NCBI GenBank assembly: GCA_964291285.2
Contig: OZ219785.1
Location: forward strand, 416,001 to 480,000
DNA from: Alphaproteobacteria bacterium
Lineage (GTDB): Bacteria; Pseudomonadota; Alphaproteobacteria; Bin95
Direction: 5' to 3'
DNA length: 64,000 bases
Shown here: piece after piece, positions 17,005 through 28,146 of the stretch
Position numbering within the stretch: position 1 is the stretch's first letter
Layout of the letters: each line of letters opens with the position of its first letter
Made by a program: the position numbers and the translations under genes
The notes under the pieces: generated by a model
Told to the model about the DNA's origin: nothing
Database searches by the model: none
Seen by the model: only the letters and a program-made list of their open reading frames with translations

Positions 17005-18114
17005 ATGACCTCGAAGAAGAAGGGAGGCAACGGCGCACCGCCGCCGGACGGTGCCGGCGAGGACATGAACCTGCTGATCGGCTGGCGCGCCGGCAGGGCG
17101 GATGGGGCGGGCGAGCCGACGCCGGACAGGAGTGCCGAGCCAGCCGCCGGACCCGGCGCGGAGACCGCCCCCGCTCCTGCCGCGGTGCTGGCGGAACTCG
17201 CCGCCGGCCAGCGGCGCATCCTTGCCCTGCTGGAGGAGCTGACCGCGAAGCCGGGCGCCACGGCGGGCGAAGACGGGGCGGACCTCGGGGAGGCGGCGCG
17301 TTCGATCGCGGCGGCGACGGAGTGGGCGAACGACATCCGGGCGGCGATGGACAGCCTGCTGGTGACGGCGGGCACGTCGATCCGGGACCTCGGGAAGGCG
17401 GAGCGGGGCCTCGCTGGCGAGGTGGCGGCGCTGAAGGCCCGGGAGGAGGGGTTCGACCGTCAGATCGAGACCCTTTCCGGCAATGCCGGGACGCTCGGCG
17501 CGCGCCTGCGGCAGCTGGACGAGGCGCGGCAGAAGCTGGACGCGCGTTCGGCCGAGCTCCAGGCGGTGAAGCAGGATATCGTCGGATACTACGATGAGTG
17601 GAGCACCGCCGCGCTGGCCTGCCGGCAGGAGATGGCCGTGCTGACCGACCGCCTCGCCGAGGGCGAGAACCTCGTTTCGCGGGTGGAGCAGGCGATCGGC
17701 CCCTGGACGGCGCGGATCGAGAAGAGTCTGGATGAGAACGCGGAGGTGCAGGAGCTGGCAGTGGCGCGGACCTCCGGCAATGTGCAAAGGCTGACCGAGA
17801 GCGGAGACGCATTCCTCAAGAGGTTCGGCTCGGTCTGGCAGGGGGCGCTGGAGGATTTCCGGAAGGAGTGGCGGAACACGCGGCGCTGGACCGTGCCGGT
17901 GCTGGCGGCGGTGCTGGTCGTGATGGTGCCGACCCTGACCGTGGTGGGGGCGGTCGGCCAGAGCAAGGTGGGCGTCTTCGCGCCCTACGACGACACGGGC
18001 AACTGGAAACGGATCGTCTGGGAGCAGCAGGGCGAGCAGGTAAAGCAGTGCCTGAAGGAATCCCTGAGGTCCGGCGAGCCCGTCATATGCACCCTCGAGG
18101 TCCAGTGGAAATGA
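17005..18114 (+). CDS. Coiled-coil protein with a C-terminal transmembrane helix (mobilization accessory?)
   Basis: Long heptad-rich segment and hydrophobic WTVPVLAAVLVVMVPTLTVVG; lies directly upstream of the relaxase. Confidence 0.7.
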   Translation: MTSKKKGGNGAPPPDGAGEDMNLLIGWRAGRADGAGEPTPDRSAEPAAGPGAETAPAPAAVLAELAAGQRRILALLEELTAKPGATAGEDGADLGEAARSIAAATEWANDIRAAMDSLLVTAGTSIRDLGKAERGLAGEVAALKAREEGFDRQIETLSGNAGTLGARLRQLDEARQKLDARSAELQAVKQDIVGYYDEWSTAALACRQEMAVLTDRLAEGENLVSRVEQAIGPWTARIEKSLDENAEVQELAVARTSGNVQRLTESGDAFLKRFGSVWQGALEDFRKEWRNTRRWTVPVLAAVLVVMVPTLTVVGAVGQSKVGVFAPYDDTGNWKRIVWEQQGEQVKQCLKESLRSGEPVICTLEVQWK

Positions 18115-18167
18115 GTGCCGTGGCTGCGAGCGGTGCGATTGCGGCCGGGCAAGGCTGATCGAGGCGC

Positions 18168-21100
18168 ATGGTTGCGGGCCTGACGGACCTCACCTCGACC
18201 ACGATGACGGTCGGGTATTTCTCCAGGGAGGGTTACTACGCGAAGAACGACCCGCGCCAGCGCCGGGCGAGCTTCTGGCACGGGGCCGGAGCGGCGGCGC
18301 TCGGCATGGCCAGGCATGTCTCGCCGCGGGCGTTCGGGCGCATCCTGTCGGGCCATGTGCCCGGCACGGACATCCGGCTCGGGCGGGTGCGGGACGGGGA
18401 GCACCAGCACCGGCCGGGCTTCGACCTGACGCTGTCGGCGCCGAAGACGGTCTCGCTGGAGGCGCTGCTCCATGGGGACCGGCGGGTGCTGGGCGCGCAC
18501 GACGCGGCCGTGAAGGCGACCCTGGACTGGCTGGAGAGGGAGCTGCTGCAGACGCGGTCGTACGATCCCGTGACCCGGCAGCGTCCGCGCGTGGCGGCGA
18601 ACGGACTGGTGGCGGCCGGGTTCCGTCACCTGACGAGCCGGGACCAGGACCCGCAGCTTCACACGCACTGCATCATCGCCAACATGACGCGCGACCGGTC
18701 GGGCGCGTGGCGGAGCGTCGAGCCGACGGAAATCCGGCGCAACGTGCGGCTGATCGGGGCGGTCTACCGCCAGGAACTGGCGCGGCGGCTGCTGGCGCTC
18801 GGGTTCGCGATCGAGGCGACGATGATCGGCGGCGTGCCGGGGTTCGAGATCGCGGGCTACGGGCGGGAGTTCGTGGACGCGTTCTCGTCGCGGCGCCGGG
18901 AGATTCTGGCGTGGCTGGACAAGCACGGCCTGCCCTGGAGCGCGGCGCTGACGCAGCAGGCGGCGCTGATCACCCGGAAGAAGAAGGCGGACAGGGACGT
19001 CGACGAGCTGCGGGCGGAGTGGAAGACGCGCGCCGAGGAGCTCGGGCTCTCCCGCGACCGCAGCATCGCCAGGCCCGGGCTCCGGCGGACGACGACCGCG
19101 TCGCGGAAGACGGCGCGCAAGGCGGGCCGGCCCTATGTGCGGACAGCGGAGGAGCTGCAGCCCGAGCCGCCGGGGCTGAGCGCGCGGGAGGTGACCTGGC
19201 GCGCGGTGGAGCATCTGGCGGAGCGGGCCCCGGTGATCCGGGAGCGCGAGATCAGGGCGATCGCGCTCGGCCATGCGCCGGGCCGGCACGGGCTGGGAGA
19301 CATCGACGCGGCGTTGGCGGGGCTGATCGGGGACGGCCACCTCGTGGAAGCGCAGCTCCGGGGCGGGCGCTCGTTCGTGACCTCGGAGGCGCTCGGCCTG
19401 GAGCGCGGGATCATGGCCATGAAGCGCCGGGCGCTGGGCGCCTCGCAACCGCTGGCGGAGGAGACGGCCGTCTCGTGCCGATTGGCCGAAACGGCGCTGA
19501 CCGAAGGGCAGCAGGAGGCGGTGCGCACCATCCTGCTGTCGCAAGACGGCATCGTGGCGGTGCAGGGCGCGGCCGGCACCGGCAAGACGACGATGCTGAA
19601 GGAGGCGCTGGGGCTGCTGGGCGGACGCAGGGCGGTCCTGCTGGCGCCCTCGGCAGCCGCCGCGCGGGTTCTGCGGGAGGAGACCGGCGTCCGGTCCCGG
19701 CCGCTGCAATGGTTCCTCACCCGCCACGGCGATCTGGGCAATGCCGCGCGCGTGGCCCGGGACCGGCAGGACCACGAGGGCGCGGTGCTGGTGGTGGACG
19801 AGGCCTCGATGGTCTCGACCGCGGAGATGGAGTTGCTGATGCGGATCGCGGCGCGGTTCCGCGTCGCGCGGCTGGTGCTGGTGGGCGACCGGCGGCAGCT
19901 GCGGGCCGTGCGGGCGGGCGAGCCGTTCCGGGCGCTGCAGGAGGCGGGCGTGGCGACGGCGGAGATGGAGGAGGTCCTGCGCCAGCGCGACCCGGCCTTG
20001 AAGGCTGCGGTCGAGCATCTGAAGGAGGGCCGTCCCCGCGAGGCGCTTCGGGAGCTCGAACATGTCCACGAGGCGCCGCAGCAGGAGTTGGGCGCGGAGG
20101 CGGCCCGGCTCTGGCTGGCGCTCGACCCGGAGGACCGGGCGCGGACGGCGATCCTGGCGCCGACGCATTTCATCCGGGCGGAGATCCACCGGGTCGTGCG
20201 GGACGGGCTTGCGCGCGAGGGCGTGCTGCACGGGCGCGAGCTGGAACTCGAACGCTATGCGAACCGCCACCTGACGGCGGCGCAGCGCGCGGACCTGCGC
20301 AACCACGAGCCGGGCGACATCGTGCTGTTCCACTCGCGCGTGGCGCCGCTGCGGGTGGAGAAGGGCGACGCCTGCCGGGTGATGCGCGCGGAGGGAGAGT
20401 TCGTCTTCCTGGAGCACCCGACGGGGCGGACGGTGCGCATCCGCCCCGGCGACAGCTGGGTGCGCTACCGGTTCGGGCTCTACGAGACGGCGCGCATCCG
20501 CATCCGGGCGGGCGACCGCATCCGCTGGACGATGAACGACGAGCGGCGCGGGCTTGTGAACGGCGGCGGTGCGGTGGTGCGGGAGATCGGGTCGCGCCGG
20601 GTGAGGTTCGATCTGGGAGACGGCAGGACCCTGTCGCTGGCGCGCACCGACCCGCAACTCCGCCATATCGACCATGCCTGGAGCACGACCCTGCATGCGG
20701 CGCAGGGCATGACAAGCGACGGCGCGATCGGCGTGCTCGACACGGGGCACGGGGCGCTGACCGGCCAGGCGGGCCTCCATGTGGAGGCGAGCCGGGCCCG
20801 GGACCGGTTCGTGCTGGTGACGAACGATCGCGAGCGGCTGGAGGAGGTGCTGGAGGCGAATGACGGCTCGCGCATGACGGCGCTGGAGGCGGTGGGCGAG
20901 AACGGGGACCCGCCGCCCGCCGCGGCGCTTGCCATGTTGCGCGGGCTGGAGGCGGACTGGCGGGAACTCGTTGCCCGGGCTGAAACGCAGGGCAGCGACC
21001 TTGTCCGCACGGAGGGCTATGCCCGTATCGTGACCGGCACGGCGATGCTGGCGGAGGACATGGCGCTTCCGGCGGACCTGCGGGCGTTCGTGGAGGAGGT

Positions 21101-23348
21101 CCGCAGCAGGGACGCGCAGGCCATTGCGGAGCGCCGGCAGGGGTTCGCGTTCCTGCGCCGGGCGGAGAGGCACGGCCGCGACTGGCCGCTGCTGAAACGG
21201 GCGGCGGCGAAGCGCGGGCGGTCGATGGGCGAACTTCCCGAACATGCGGCCTGGCTGGCGGAGGGCAGGACGCTCGCCGATACGGGACAGGAACTCCGGG
21301 AGGGCGGCGGCCAGGGCATCGCCGCCAGGATCGGCGCCGCGCTCCGGCGCCTGGTGCGGGGCCGGGAGCTCGACGAGGCGGAACGGTTCCGCGAGGCTGC
21401 GGCGCGGCACGAGGCCGGCGCGCGGGCGGCGGGCGTCGATCCCCGAGAAACGGCCGGCGCCGAAGCGCTGGCGGAATGGGCGGGGCGGCTCCGGGGCCGG
21501 GAGGTACCGCAGGCGGCGCGTCCGGCGGTCGAGGCCTGGTGCGCGGCACACACGGAACGCGGGCCCGCTTCCGGAACGCCGCCGACGCCCCGGGACAGGA
21601 AGGCCGTGCTCGGCATCGAGACGTTCCTGCTGGACTGCGACGGTCTTCTGTTCGATGCCGGCCCCGGAGGTGCTGCGGAACCGGATTCCTGGGACGAGCG
21701 GGCGGCGAGGCTTCGCCAACAGGGCCTCGGAATGCTCGGCGAGGGACCGGGCGCGAAGCTCGGCGATCCGCTCCGCATCCGCCTTGCGCGCGTCGGGGCC
21801 GAGCGCGCGCGGGTTCGCGAGGCGGTCGACAGGCTTGCGGCGGCGGCGCTGCGACGCCGCTCGGCAAGGTTCGCGGCGCTTGTCAGGACGGTGGGCCGGC
21901 AACGCCGCGGGTCCGGCTCCGACCCCGTCGACCTGCCGTCCTGGGCCGGGCTCCGCGACCGGGCGGAGGAACTCAGGGGCGAGGCGTCTCTTGAGCCCGA
22001 GGTGCGGCGCGCCGTGGACCGGGTGTTCGACCTCGATGCCCGCGCAAAGGCGGAGACCGAACCGGTCATGTCGTTCCTGAAGGCAGGCGAAGGACATCTG
22101 CGCCAAAGGGAGGGTCTGGAGGAGAAAGCCGGCGAGGCCGGGATCGCGCCCTTCGTGCTCGGGGACATGAAGGCATGGCGGGAGGGCTCCCGGGAACTCC
22201 GGGCCGTCGGCCGGCGTCTGCTGGGCGAGGCGGAGGCCGGCGCGGCCGAGGCCAGGGCCGCCTCCCGCCTGAAGGTCATGCCCCGCCTCCGGGACCGGGT
22301 GCGGGAGGTGCTGGCCGGGCTCGAGGCCGTGCGGCTGCGAGACGCGGGCGACGCCTTCATGTCGCTCGCGGACCGGGTCGAGCGGCTCGCCGTCCGGGAC
22401 GACACGCTGGCGCTCCATGCGGAAGGTTATGCGCGGGTCACCATGTACGCGAAGGAGCTGGAGGCGCTGCCGGAGCCGGCCCGCCGGAGGGCCGGGGAGT
22501 GGCTTGCCCGCGACCGCCGGTGGACCGAGGACCTGGCGTCGGTCGCCGGGCTCGCCGGCGGGTTCGGACAATCGGCCGATCCGGCCGCGCAGCGTGAGGC
22601 GGCCGGCCGGCCCGCCGTGGCGGAGGCCATCCGCCGCGAGAGGGAGCGGCTTGCGCGCGTGCCGGAACCCGCACACTGGCTTCGCTGGACCGGGGAGGAA
22701 CCGCTCGTTCCGGGCGACCGGGTCCGCGTCGGCGACGACATCATGGAAATCATCGTCGTCTCCGCAGGAGCGGCCGGCGGCATGCACGAGGACGACCTGC
22801 TGCAGGTGCGGATGCTGGATGTCGCGGGTCCGGACGAACCGCCCGGGCTTGGGGCGGTCATCCCCCGAACGGCCGAATCCCTCGTCAGCATCGGCTGCGC
22901 CCGCGCCGCCTGGTCCGACGAGAGGCTCCGGGAACTGGAACTGGCCCGGCACCGGTCGGTGCCGTCATGGCTCTGCCGGCTGGCCTGCGGCGAACCGGTG
23001 CCGGGCGACCGCATCGCCTGGACCGAGGACGCCGGCGAAGGCCGGGTCCTCACGGTCGAGGCGAAGGTGACGGCGCGCATGGACGATATCCGCTTCGGCA
23101 GCCCGAGGCTCCGGCTCGAAACCGTCGAGGCCTCGGGCCCGGACGCGCCCGAGCCGGGCAGCGATATCGAGAGGACGGTCGCCGCGGTCACCGCGCGCGG
23201 ATGCTTCCGCGCCGAATGGAGCGACGAGACCCGCCGCGCACGTATCCTGAACCCGCCGAAGCCGGTTCAGACGCCCCGGCAGGTGCAAGAAACGACCCAG
23301 GAGCAGCGCGTCGACCGCTCCGAAGGCGGCGGGCTCAGCGCGGGCTGA
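18168..23348 (+). CDS. MobF (TrwC/TraI-like) relaxase-helicase with long C-terminal extension
   Basis: YFSREGYY, FDLTLSAPKTVS, DPQLHTHC (HUH), Walker A GAAGTGKTT, VDEASM, GDRRQL and HAAQGMT. Confidence 0.92.
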   Translation: MVAGLTDLTSTTMTVGYFSREGYYAKNDPRQRRASFWHGAGAAALGMARHVSPRAFGRILSGHVPGTDIRLGRVRDGEHQHRPGFDLTLSAPKTVSLEALLHGDRRVLGAHDAAVKATLDWLERELLQTRSYDPVTRQRPRVAANGLVAAGFRHLTSRDQDPQLHTHCIIANMTRDRSGAWRSVEPTEIRRNVRLIGAVYRQELARRLLALGFAIEATMIGGVPGFEIAGYGREFVDAFSSRRREILAWLDKHGLPWSAALTQQAALITRKKKADRDVDELRAEWKTRAEELGLSRDRSIARPGLRRTTTASRKTARKAGRPYVRTAEELQPEPPGLSAREVTWRAVEHLAERAPVIREREIRAIALGHAPGRHGLGDIDAALAGLIGDGHLVEAQLRGGRSFVTSEALGLERGIMAMKRRALGASQPLAEETAVSCRLAETALTEGQQEAVRTILLSQDGIVAVQGAAGTGKTTMLKEALGLLGGRRAVLLAPSAAAARVLREETGVRSRPLQWFLTRHGDLGNAARVARDRQDHEGAVLVVDEASMVSTAEMELLMRIAARFRVARLVLVGDRRQLRAVRAGEPFRALQEAGVATAEMEEVLRQRDPALKAAVEHLKEGRPREALRELEHVHEAPQQELGAEAARLWLALDPEDRARTAILAPTHFIRAEIHRVVRDGLAREGVLHGRELELERYANRHLTAAQRADLRNHEPGDIVLFHSRVAPLRVEKGDACRVMRAEGEFVFLEHPTGRTVRIRPGDSWVRYRFGLYETARIRIRAGDRIRWTMNDERRGLVNGGGAVVREIGSRRVRFDLGDGRTLSLARTDPQLRHIDHAWSTTLHAAQGMTSDGAIGVLDTGHGALTGQAGLHVEASRARDRFVLVTNDRERLEEVLEANDGSRMTALEAVGENGDPPPAAALAMLRGLEADWRELVARAETQGSDLVRTEGYARIVTGTAMLAEDMALPADLRAFVEEVRSRDAQAIAERRQGFAFLRRAERHGRDWPLLKRAAAKRGRSMGELPEHAAWLAEGRTLADTGQELREGGGQGIAARIGAALRRLVRGRELDEAERFREAAARHEAGARAAGVDPRETAGAEALAEWAGRLRGREVPQAARPAVEAWCAAHTERGPASGTPPTPRDRKAVLGIETFLLDCDGLLFDAGPGGAAEPDSWDERAARLRQQGLGMLGEGPGAKLGDPLRIRLARVGAERARVREAVDRLAAAALRRRSARFAALVRTVGRQRRGSGSDPVDLPSWAGLRDRAEELRGEASLEPEVRRAVDRVFDLDARAKAETEPVMSFLKAGEGHLRQREGLEEKAGEAGIAPFVLGDMKAWREGSRELRAVGRRLLGEAEAGAAEARAASRLKVMPRLRDRVREVLAGLEAVRLRDAGDAFMSLADRVERLAVRDDTLALHAEGYARVTMYAKELEALPEPARRRAGEWLARDRRWTEDLASVAGLAGGFGQSADPAAQREAAGRPAVAEAIRRERERLARVPEPAHWLRWTGEEPLVPGDRVRVGDDIMEIIVVSAGAAGGMHEDDLLQVRMLDVAGPDEPPGLGAVIPRTAESLVSIGCARAAWSDERLRELELARHRSVPSWLCRLACGEPVPGDRIAWTEDAGEGRVLTVEAKVTARMDDIRFGSPRLRLETVEASGPDAPEPGSDIERTVAAVTARGCFRAEWSDETRRARILNPPKPVQTPRQVQETTQEQRVDRSEGGGLSAG

Positions 23349-23736
23349 TCGTTAGCGATACAAGCTACTGCGGAGCTGGTGCGTAGCTGGACAGGGCAGG
23401 CAAATCGCCCGAATGCAACGTCCAACGTCTTCATGAATTGGCCATGGAAGATTCCCAGTCGTTCTCCTGAGAGGCGGATGCCCGCTTCATCCCAAATGCC
23501 ACCGGGATATCAGGGCAAGAGAAATCCCGAGCCTCCCGGGGCTCCGGTCCGACAAGCCGCCCCGAACGGCGCACCTCTCTCATTGCTTGGCACGCCGTTG
23601 CAAATTGCGGTCCGTTTGCGACCGTGCGGACAGTAGAACGTCGCCCGGGTTCTCCCGTGCCGCCGTCATGCTCTCAACCTCCGAACTGGCCATGGAACGA
23701 GGCCTCTGGCCGGGCGACGAGACTTTCCGTCTCATT

Positions 23737-23776
23737 TCGGAACAATAGGGGCAGGGTCGGAACAATAGGGGCAGGG
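23737..23776. repeat. Perfect 20-bp tandem duplication
   Basis: TCGGAACAATAGGGGCAGGG twice. Confidence 0.9.
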
Positions 23777-25411
23777 CATGGCCAACGCAGGGCGGGAAGC
23801 GCCTGATCGCCCCTGCGCTCACCCGAAATTTCCCGAAATCCGATATTCGCAGGAGCAGGAAAGGTTTCGGGCCTCCCAGGACCATGGCCCGACAGGCGTC
23901 ACCGACAGCGCGCCTCTCCCAAGTTGGGCGAAGCTCTCCATTCCAGCCGTCGGGGCCCTCAGAAATCATTCACGACAATGATCGCGCCGCGTATCGGGAA
24001 AGGTGCTGGCGACGGTCAAGACGTATGCACATTCGTTGATGTCCGCCGGGCCGCCAGCCGTTCGGCGCAGGCCTCCATCGACACGCGCCCCGTCCTGATC
24101 CCGTCTACCCGGCGCCGCCAGCGTTCGGGGATTGCCGCGAGGCCGAACCGCGCCCCGAGCACCGCGCCGACAATGGCGCCGTTGGTGTCCGTATCGCCAC
24201 CCGCCTCGACGGCCTTGCGCAAACCGGACTCGAAGTCTTCCGCCTGCCAGTACGAGAGCAGCGCCGCCTGGAGGGACAGAAGCGTGAAGCCCATGTCGTC
24301 GCCGTCGAACCCCAGATCGTCCATCGTGGACCGCGACGCCAGGGTCACCGCTTCCGATACCGATGACGGAATTTCGGCGCGGTAGCCGTAATCGCGGAGC
24401 GCAGGCAGGGATGCCGCCATACCGTCCCGCGCCGACCGCAACAGGGCTTCCGCAGACAGTGTTTCGCCATGCAGCGCGGCGGCGCAGGCCAGGTTCGCAA
24501 GCGCGCAGGACCAGCCACAGCGCCAGTCCCAGTGCGTTGGCACGGCCGAGAGCACGCTCTCCCGCACCAGCCGATGCGGATCGTCATGCCACCGGATCGC
24601 GAGCGGCGCACACCGCATCAGCGCGCCGTTGCCGGCCCGGCCTCCTTCCCACGCCTGCCGCGACGCCTCGACGATCGGAACACCTTCCGGCGTCCGTGCG
24701 GTCCCTGTATCGCGGTTGCGGGCAAGCCGCCGGGGATAGCTGCCGCCGTACAATGCCAGCACGTCCCCGGTCAGGCCGCCCATGCCCGCGCCGTTCGTTT
24801 CGGCCCACGCCCAGAAGCGCCTGCCCAGGTCGTCTACATCCAGTCCCCCGTCGGCCGTTGCCGCGTCGGCGATTTCGATGGCCTGCGCCAGATCGTCGTC
24901 GTCGGGATATCCCGGTTTCGCGGCGATCTCCCGAACACCTGCCGGGTACTCCCGGGCGATGCGCTGCCGCGGCCACCCTTCCATTGCGATTCCCAGCAGG
25001 TTTCCCACCGCGATCCCGGCCTGTAGGTGACGGTCGTAAAAGGCGCTTATTTGCTGGCGTTGCGCGTTTTTGCGGGGCGTGATGATCGCAGTGATTGTGG
25101 TGCGGCGGTGTTTGTGACGGGGGCCGGGGACGGAAGGAGGGCGTAGCCCGACTGGAGTCGCCGGCCCCCGTCGCGTTGATATTTTCGCCTGCCGAGGGGA
25201 GGGTGTCCTGGCGCTGTCGGCGGGGGTCGCCGGGCTGCGCGAGGGGGTAGACTGGGGCTGCTGAGAACGATGCGGCGCCGGCCCCGTTTGCTAGGTGGCA
25301 ACGACCGGCGCCGCACCCCCCGAGCCATGCAAGCCATGCAAGGCACGGCCCGTATGCGCAGTATCGTAGGCGTTCGGGCGTGGGTCCACCCCGTTCTCAT
25401 CGGTCATTGCG

Positions 25412-25846
25412 ATGAGGAACGCCGCCCGCCTGTTCACCTGCGCTTCGTGCCATCGCCAGGTTGTGCTGTGCCGGCGGTGCGACCACGGCAACATCTACTG
25501 CTCGCGTCCGTGCAGCGGCCGGGCGCGGCGGCGCTCGCTGCGCCTTGCCGGGCGTCGCTACCAGAACAGCCGGCGGGGCCGTCACAAGCATGCCGAACGC
25601 CAGCGGCGCTACCGCGAGCGCCGTCGCGTCCGTGCGCCTGAGGAGGGGCGCCGTGCGCAGAAAGTGACGCATCACCCTTTGACCCGTTCACCGCGCCGTC
25701 CTGTTGTGGCGGGCATGCCGGCGGGGCGCTCGGGAAGGAGGCCCTTCGGACCCGACCGTCCCGCCGGAGTGTTCCGCTGCGATCACTGCGGGCGGTTCTG
25801 CGCCCGGGCGGTCTATCCGGGCCTGCGCCCGGCGCGAAGGGAGTGA
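25412..25846 (+). CDS. Small Cys-rich (Zn-finger-like) basic ORF of the IS21 element
   Basis: CxxC-x5-CxxC-x6-CxxxC and CDHC; stops 1 bp before istA. Confidence 0.65.
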   Translation: MRNAARLFTCASCHRQVVLCRRCDHGNIYCSRPCSGRARRRSLRLAGRRYQNSRRGRHKHAERQRRYRERRRVRAPEEGRRAQKVTHHPLTRSPRRPVVAGMPAGRSGRRPFGPDRPAGVFRCDHCGRFCARAVYPGLRPARRE

Positions 25847-25847
25847 G

Positions 25848-27353
25848 ATGGCGATCGACCAGCAGACCCGGGCCGAGATCCTGCGGCTGTATTTTGCCGA
25901 GAAGTGGCGGATCGGCACGATCGCGCGCCAGCTCGGCGTCCACCACGGCACGGTCGAGCGCGCGGTGGCGGCCGCCGGGGCGCCCACGCCTGAGAAGCGG
26001 CGCAGATCTTCGATGATCGATCCGTTCCTGCCCTTCGTCCGCCAGACCCTGGCGGTCTGGCCGAAGTTGCCCTCCAGCCGGCTCTACCGGATGGCGGTCG
26101 AGCGCGGTTACCGGGGGTGCGAGAGCCACTTCCGGCGCATGATCGCGCCCGAGCGTCCGCGGCCGGTGGCCGAGGCCTATCTGCGCCTCAAGGCCCTGCC
26201 CGGCGAGCAGGCCCAGGTCGACTGGGCCCACTTCGGCAAGGTGAGGATCGGGCGTGCGGAGCGCCCGCTGATGGCCTTCGTGATGGTGCTCGGCCACTCG
26301 CGCCGCCTCTTCCTGCGCTTCTACCTCAACGCCGGGATGGACAACTTCCTGCGCGGCCATGTCGAGGCCTTCGAGGCTTGGCAGGGCGTGCCCCGCGAGC
26401 TCTGGTACGACAATCTGAAGAGCGTCGTGCTGGAGCGGCGCGGCGACGCCATCCGCTTCAATCCCCGGCTTCTCGACTTCGCAGGCGCCTACCGCTTCCT
26501 GCCGAAGCCGGTCGCGGTCGCCCGAGGCAACGAGAAGGGCCGCGTCGAGCGGGCCATACGCTATGTGCGCGACAGCTTCTTCGCCGCCCGCGCCTGGCGT
26601 GACCTCGACGATCTCAACGCCCAGGCCCGGGAGTGGTGCGAGGGCGTCGCCGCCGACCGCCCCTGGCCGGACGACCGCTCCCTCACCGTGAGCGAGGCCT
26701 TCGAGCGCGAGCGCGGCTCCCTGATGGCGCTGCCCGACGACCGTCCCCCCGTCGACGAGAGGGTCGAGGTCAGGATCGCCAAGACCCCCTATGCCAGGTT
26801 CGACCTCAATGACTACAGCGTCCCGCATACCCATGTCCGGCGCACCCTCACCGTGGCCGCGACGCTGGAAGAGGTGCGCATCCTCGACGGCATGGAGGTC
26901 ATCGCCCGCCATCCGCGCAGCTTCGACAAGGCGGCCCGCATCGAGAACCCCGAACACATTGAGGAGCTGGTCAGGCGCAAGCGTCACGCCCGCAGCCTGC
27001 GCGGGCAGAGCCGGCTGCTCCAGGCCGCGCCCAACAGCGAGCGCCTGATCGCCGAGGCCGCCCCCCGCGGCGCTTATATCGGCGCCACCGTCGCCGCCCT
27101 GCTGCGCCTGCTCGACCAATACGGCGCCGCCGAGCTCGAAGCCGCCATCGACGAGGCCCTCGAACGCGGCGTCCCCCATCCCAATGCCGTGCGCCTCAGC
27201 CTCACACGGCGGCGCGAACTGCAGGACAGGCCGCCGCCGATCCCCATCGACCTGCCCAGGGACCCGCGCGTGCGCGACATCGCCGTGCGCGATCACGATC
27301 TCGGCGGATACGACGGGCTGGCCGGCTACCATGAAAAGGACAGCGAAGAATGA
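25848..27353 (+). CDS. istA: IS21 transposase
   Basis: N-terminal HTH, PGEQAQVDW, YDNLK and KGRVERAIRY. Confidence 0.95.
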   Translation: MAIDQQTRAEILRLYFAEKWRIGTIARQLGVHHGTVERAVAAAGAPTPEKRRRSSMIDPFLPFVRQTLAVWPKLPSSRLYRMAVERGYRGCESHFRRMIAPERPRPVAEAYLRLKALPGEQAQVDWAHFGKVRIGRAERPLMAFVMVLGHSRRLFLRFYLNAGMDNFLRGHVEAFEAWQGVPRELWYDNLKSVVLERRGDAIRFNPRLLDFAGAYRFLPKPVAVARGNEKGRVERAIRYVRDSFFAARAWRDLDDLNAQAREWCEGVAADRPWPDDRSLTVSEAFERERGSLMALPDDRPPVDERVEVRIAKTPYARFDLNDYSVPHTHVRRTLTVAATLEEVRILDGMEVIARHPRSFDKAARIENPEHIEELVRRKRHARSLRGQSRLLQAAPNSERLIAEAAPRGAYIGATVAALLRLLDQYGAAELEAAIDEALERGVPHPNAVRLSLTRRRELQDRPPPIPIDLPRDPRVRDIAVRDHDLGGYDGLAGYHEKDSEE

Positions 27354-28144
27354 CCGACACCCTCATGAACCGCGCCCGCGCGCTGGGCCTGCACGGCCTC
27401 CTCGCCCATTGGGGCGAAGTCGCGGAGCGCGACTGGCTCGCCTCCCTGATCGCGTGGGAAGAAGATGAGAAGCGCGCCCGAAGCCTCAAACGCCGCCTCG
27501 CCGACGCCCGCCTCGGACAGTTCAAGCCGCTCGCAGACTTCGACTGGGACTGGCCAAGGCGCTGCGACCGCATGGCCGTCGAGGACCTCATGACCCTCGA
27601 CTTCCTCAAGGAGGCCGCAAACCTCGTACTGGTCGGACCCAACGGCGTCGGAAAGTCCACCATCGCCGCCAATATCGCCCACCGCGCCGTCCTCGAAGGC
27701 CACATCGTGCGCTTCGCAACCGCCGCCAGCCTGCTCGGCGAACTCGCCGCCATCGACTCCGACACCCTGCTCCAGCGCAGGCTGCGCTTCTACGCCCGAC
27801 AGCACCTGCTGGTCATCGACGAAGTCGGATATCTCTCCTACTCCAACCGCCACGCCGACCTGCTGTTCAACATCGTCTCAAGCCGCAGCCAGCAGAACTC
27901 AACCATAATCACCACGAACCGCCCCTTCGCCGAGTGGAGCGAGGCCTTCCCAAACGCCGCCTGCCTGGTCGCCCTCGTCGACCGGCTCGTCCACAACGCC
28001 GAGATCGTCGCCATCGACGGCGACTCCTGGCGCCGCAAGGAAGCCGAGGAACGTCAGAAGCAGCGCAGCGCCGAACGCCGCCGCCGGCGCGGACCGAAAG
28101 CCGGGCAAAGCACTGGAAAGGCGAACCCGGTCCCGTCGCCATAG
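27350..28144 (+). CDS. istB: IS21 helper AAA+ ATPase
   Basis: GPNGVGKS, IDEVGY, TTNRPFAEW and DRLVH; ATGA overlap with istA. Confidence 0.95.
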   Translation: MTDTLMNRARALGLHGLLAHWGEVAERDWLASLIAWEEDEKRARSLKRRLADARLGQFKPLADFDWDWPRRCDRMAVEDLMTLDFLKEAANLVLVGPNGVGKSTIAANIAHRAVLEGHIVRFATAASLLGELAAIDSDTLLQRRLRFYARQHLLVIDEVGYLSYSNRHADLLFNIVSSRSQQNSTIITTNRPFAEWSEAFPNAACLVALVDRLVHNAEIVAIDGDSWRRKEAEERQKQRSAERRRRRGPKAGQSTGKANPVPSP

Positions 28145-28146
28145 CC

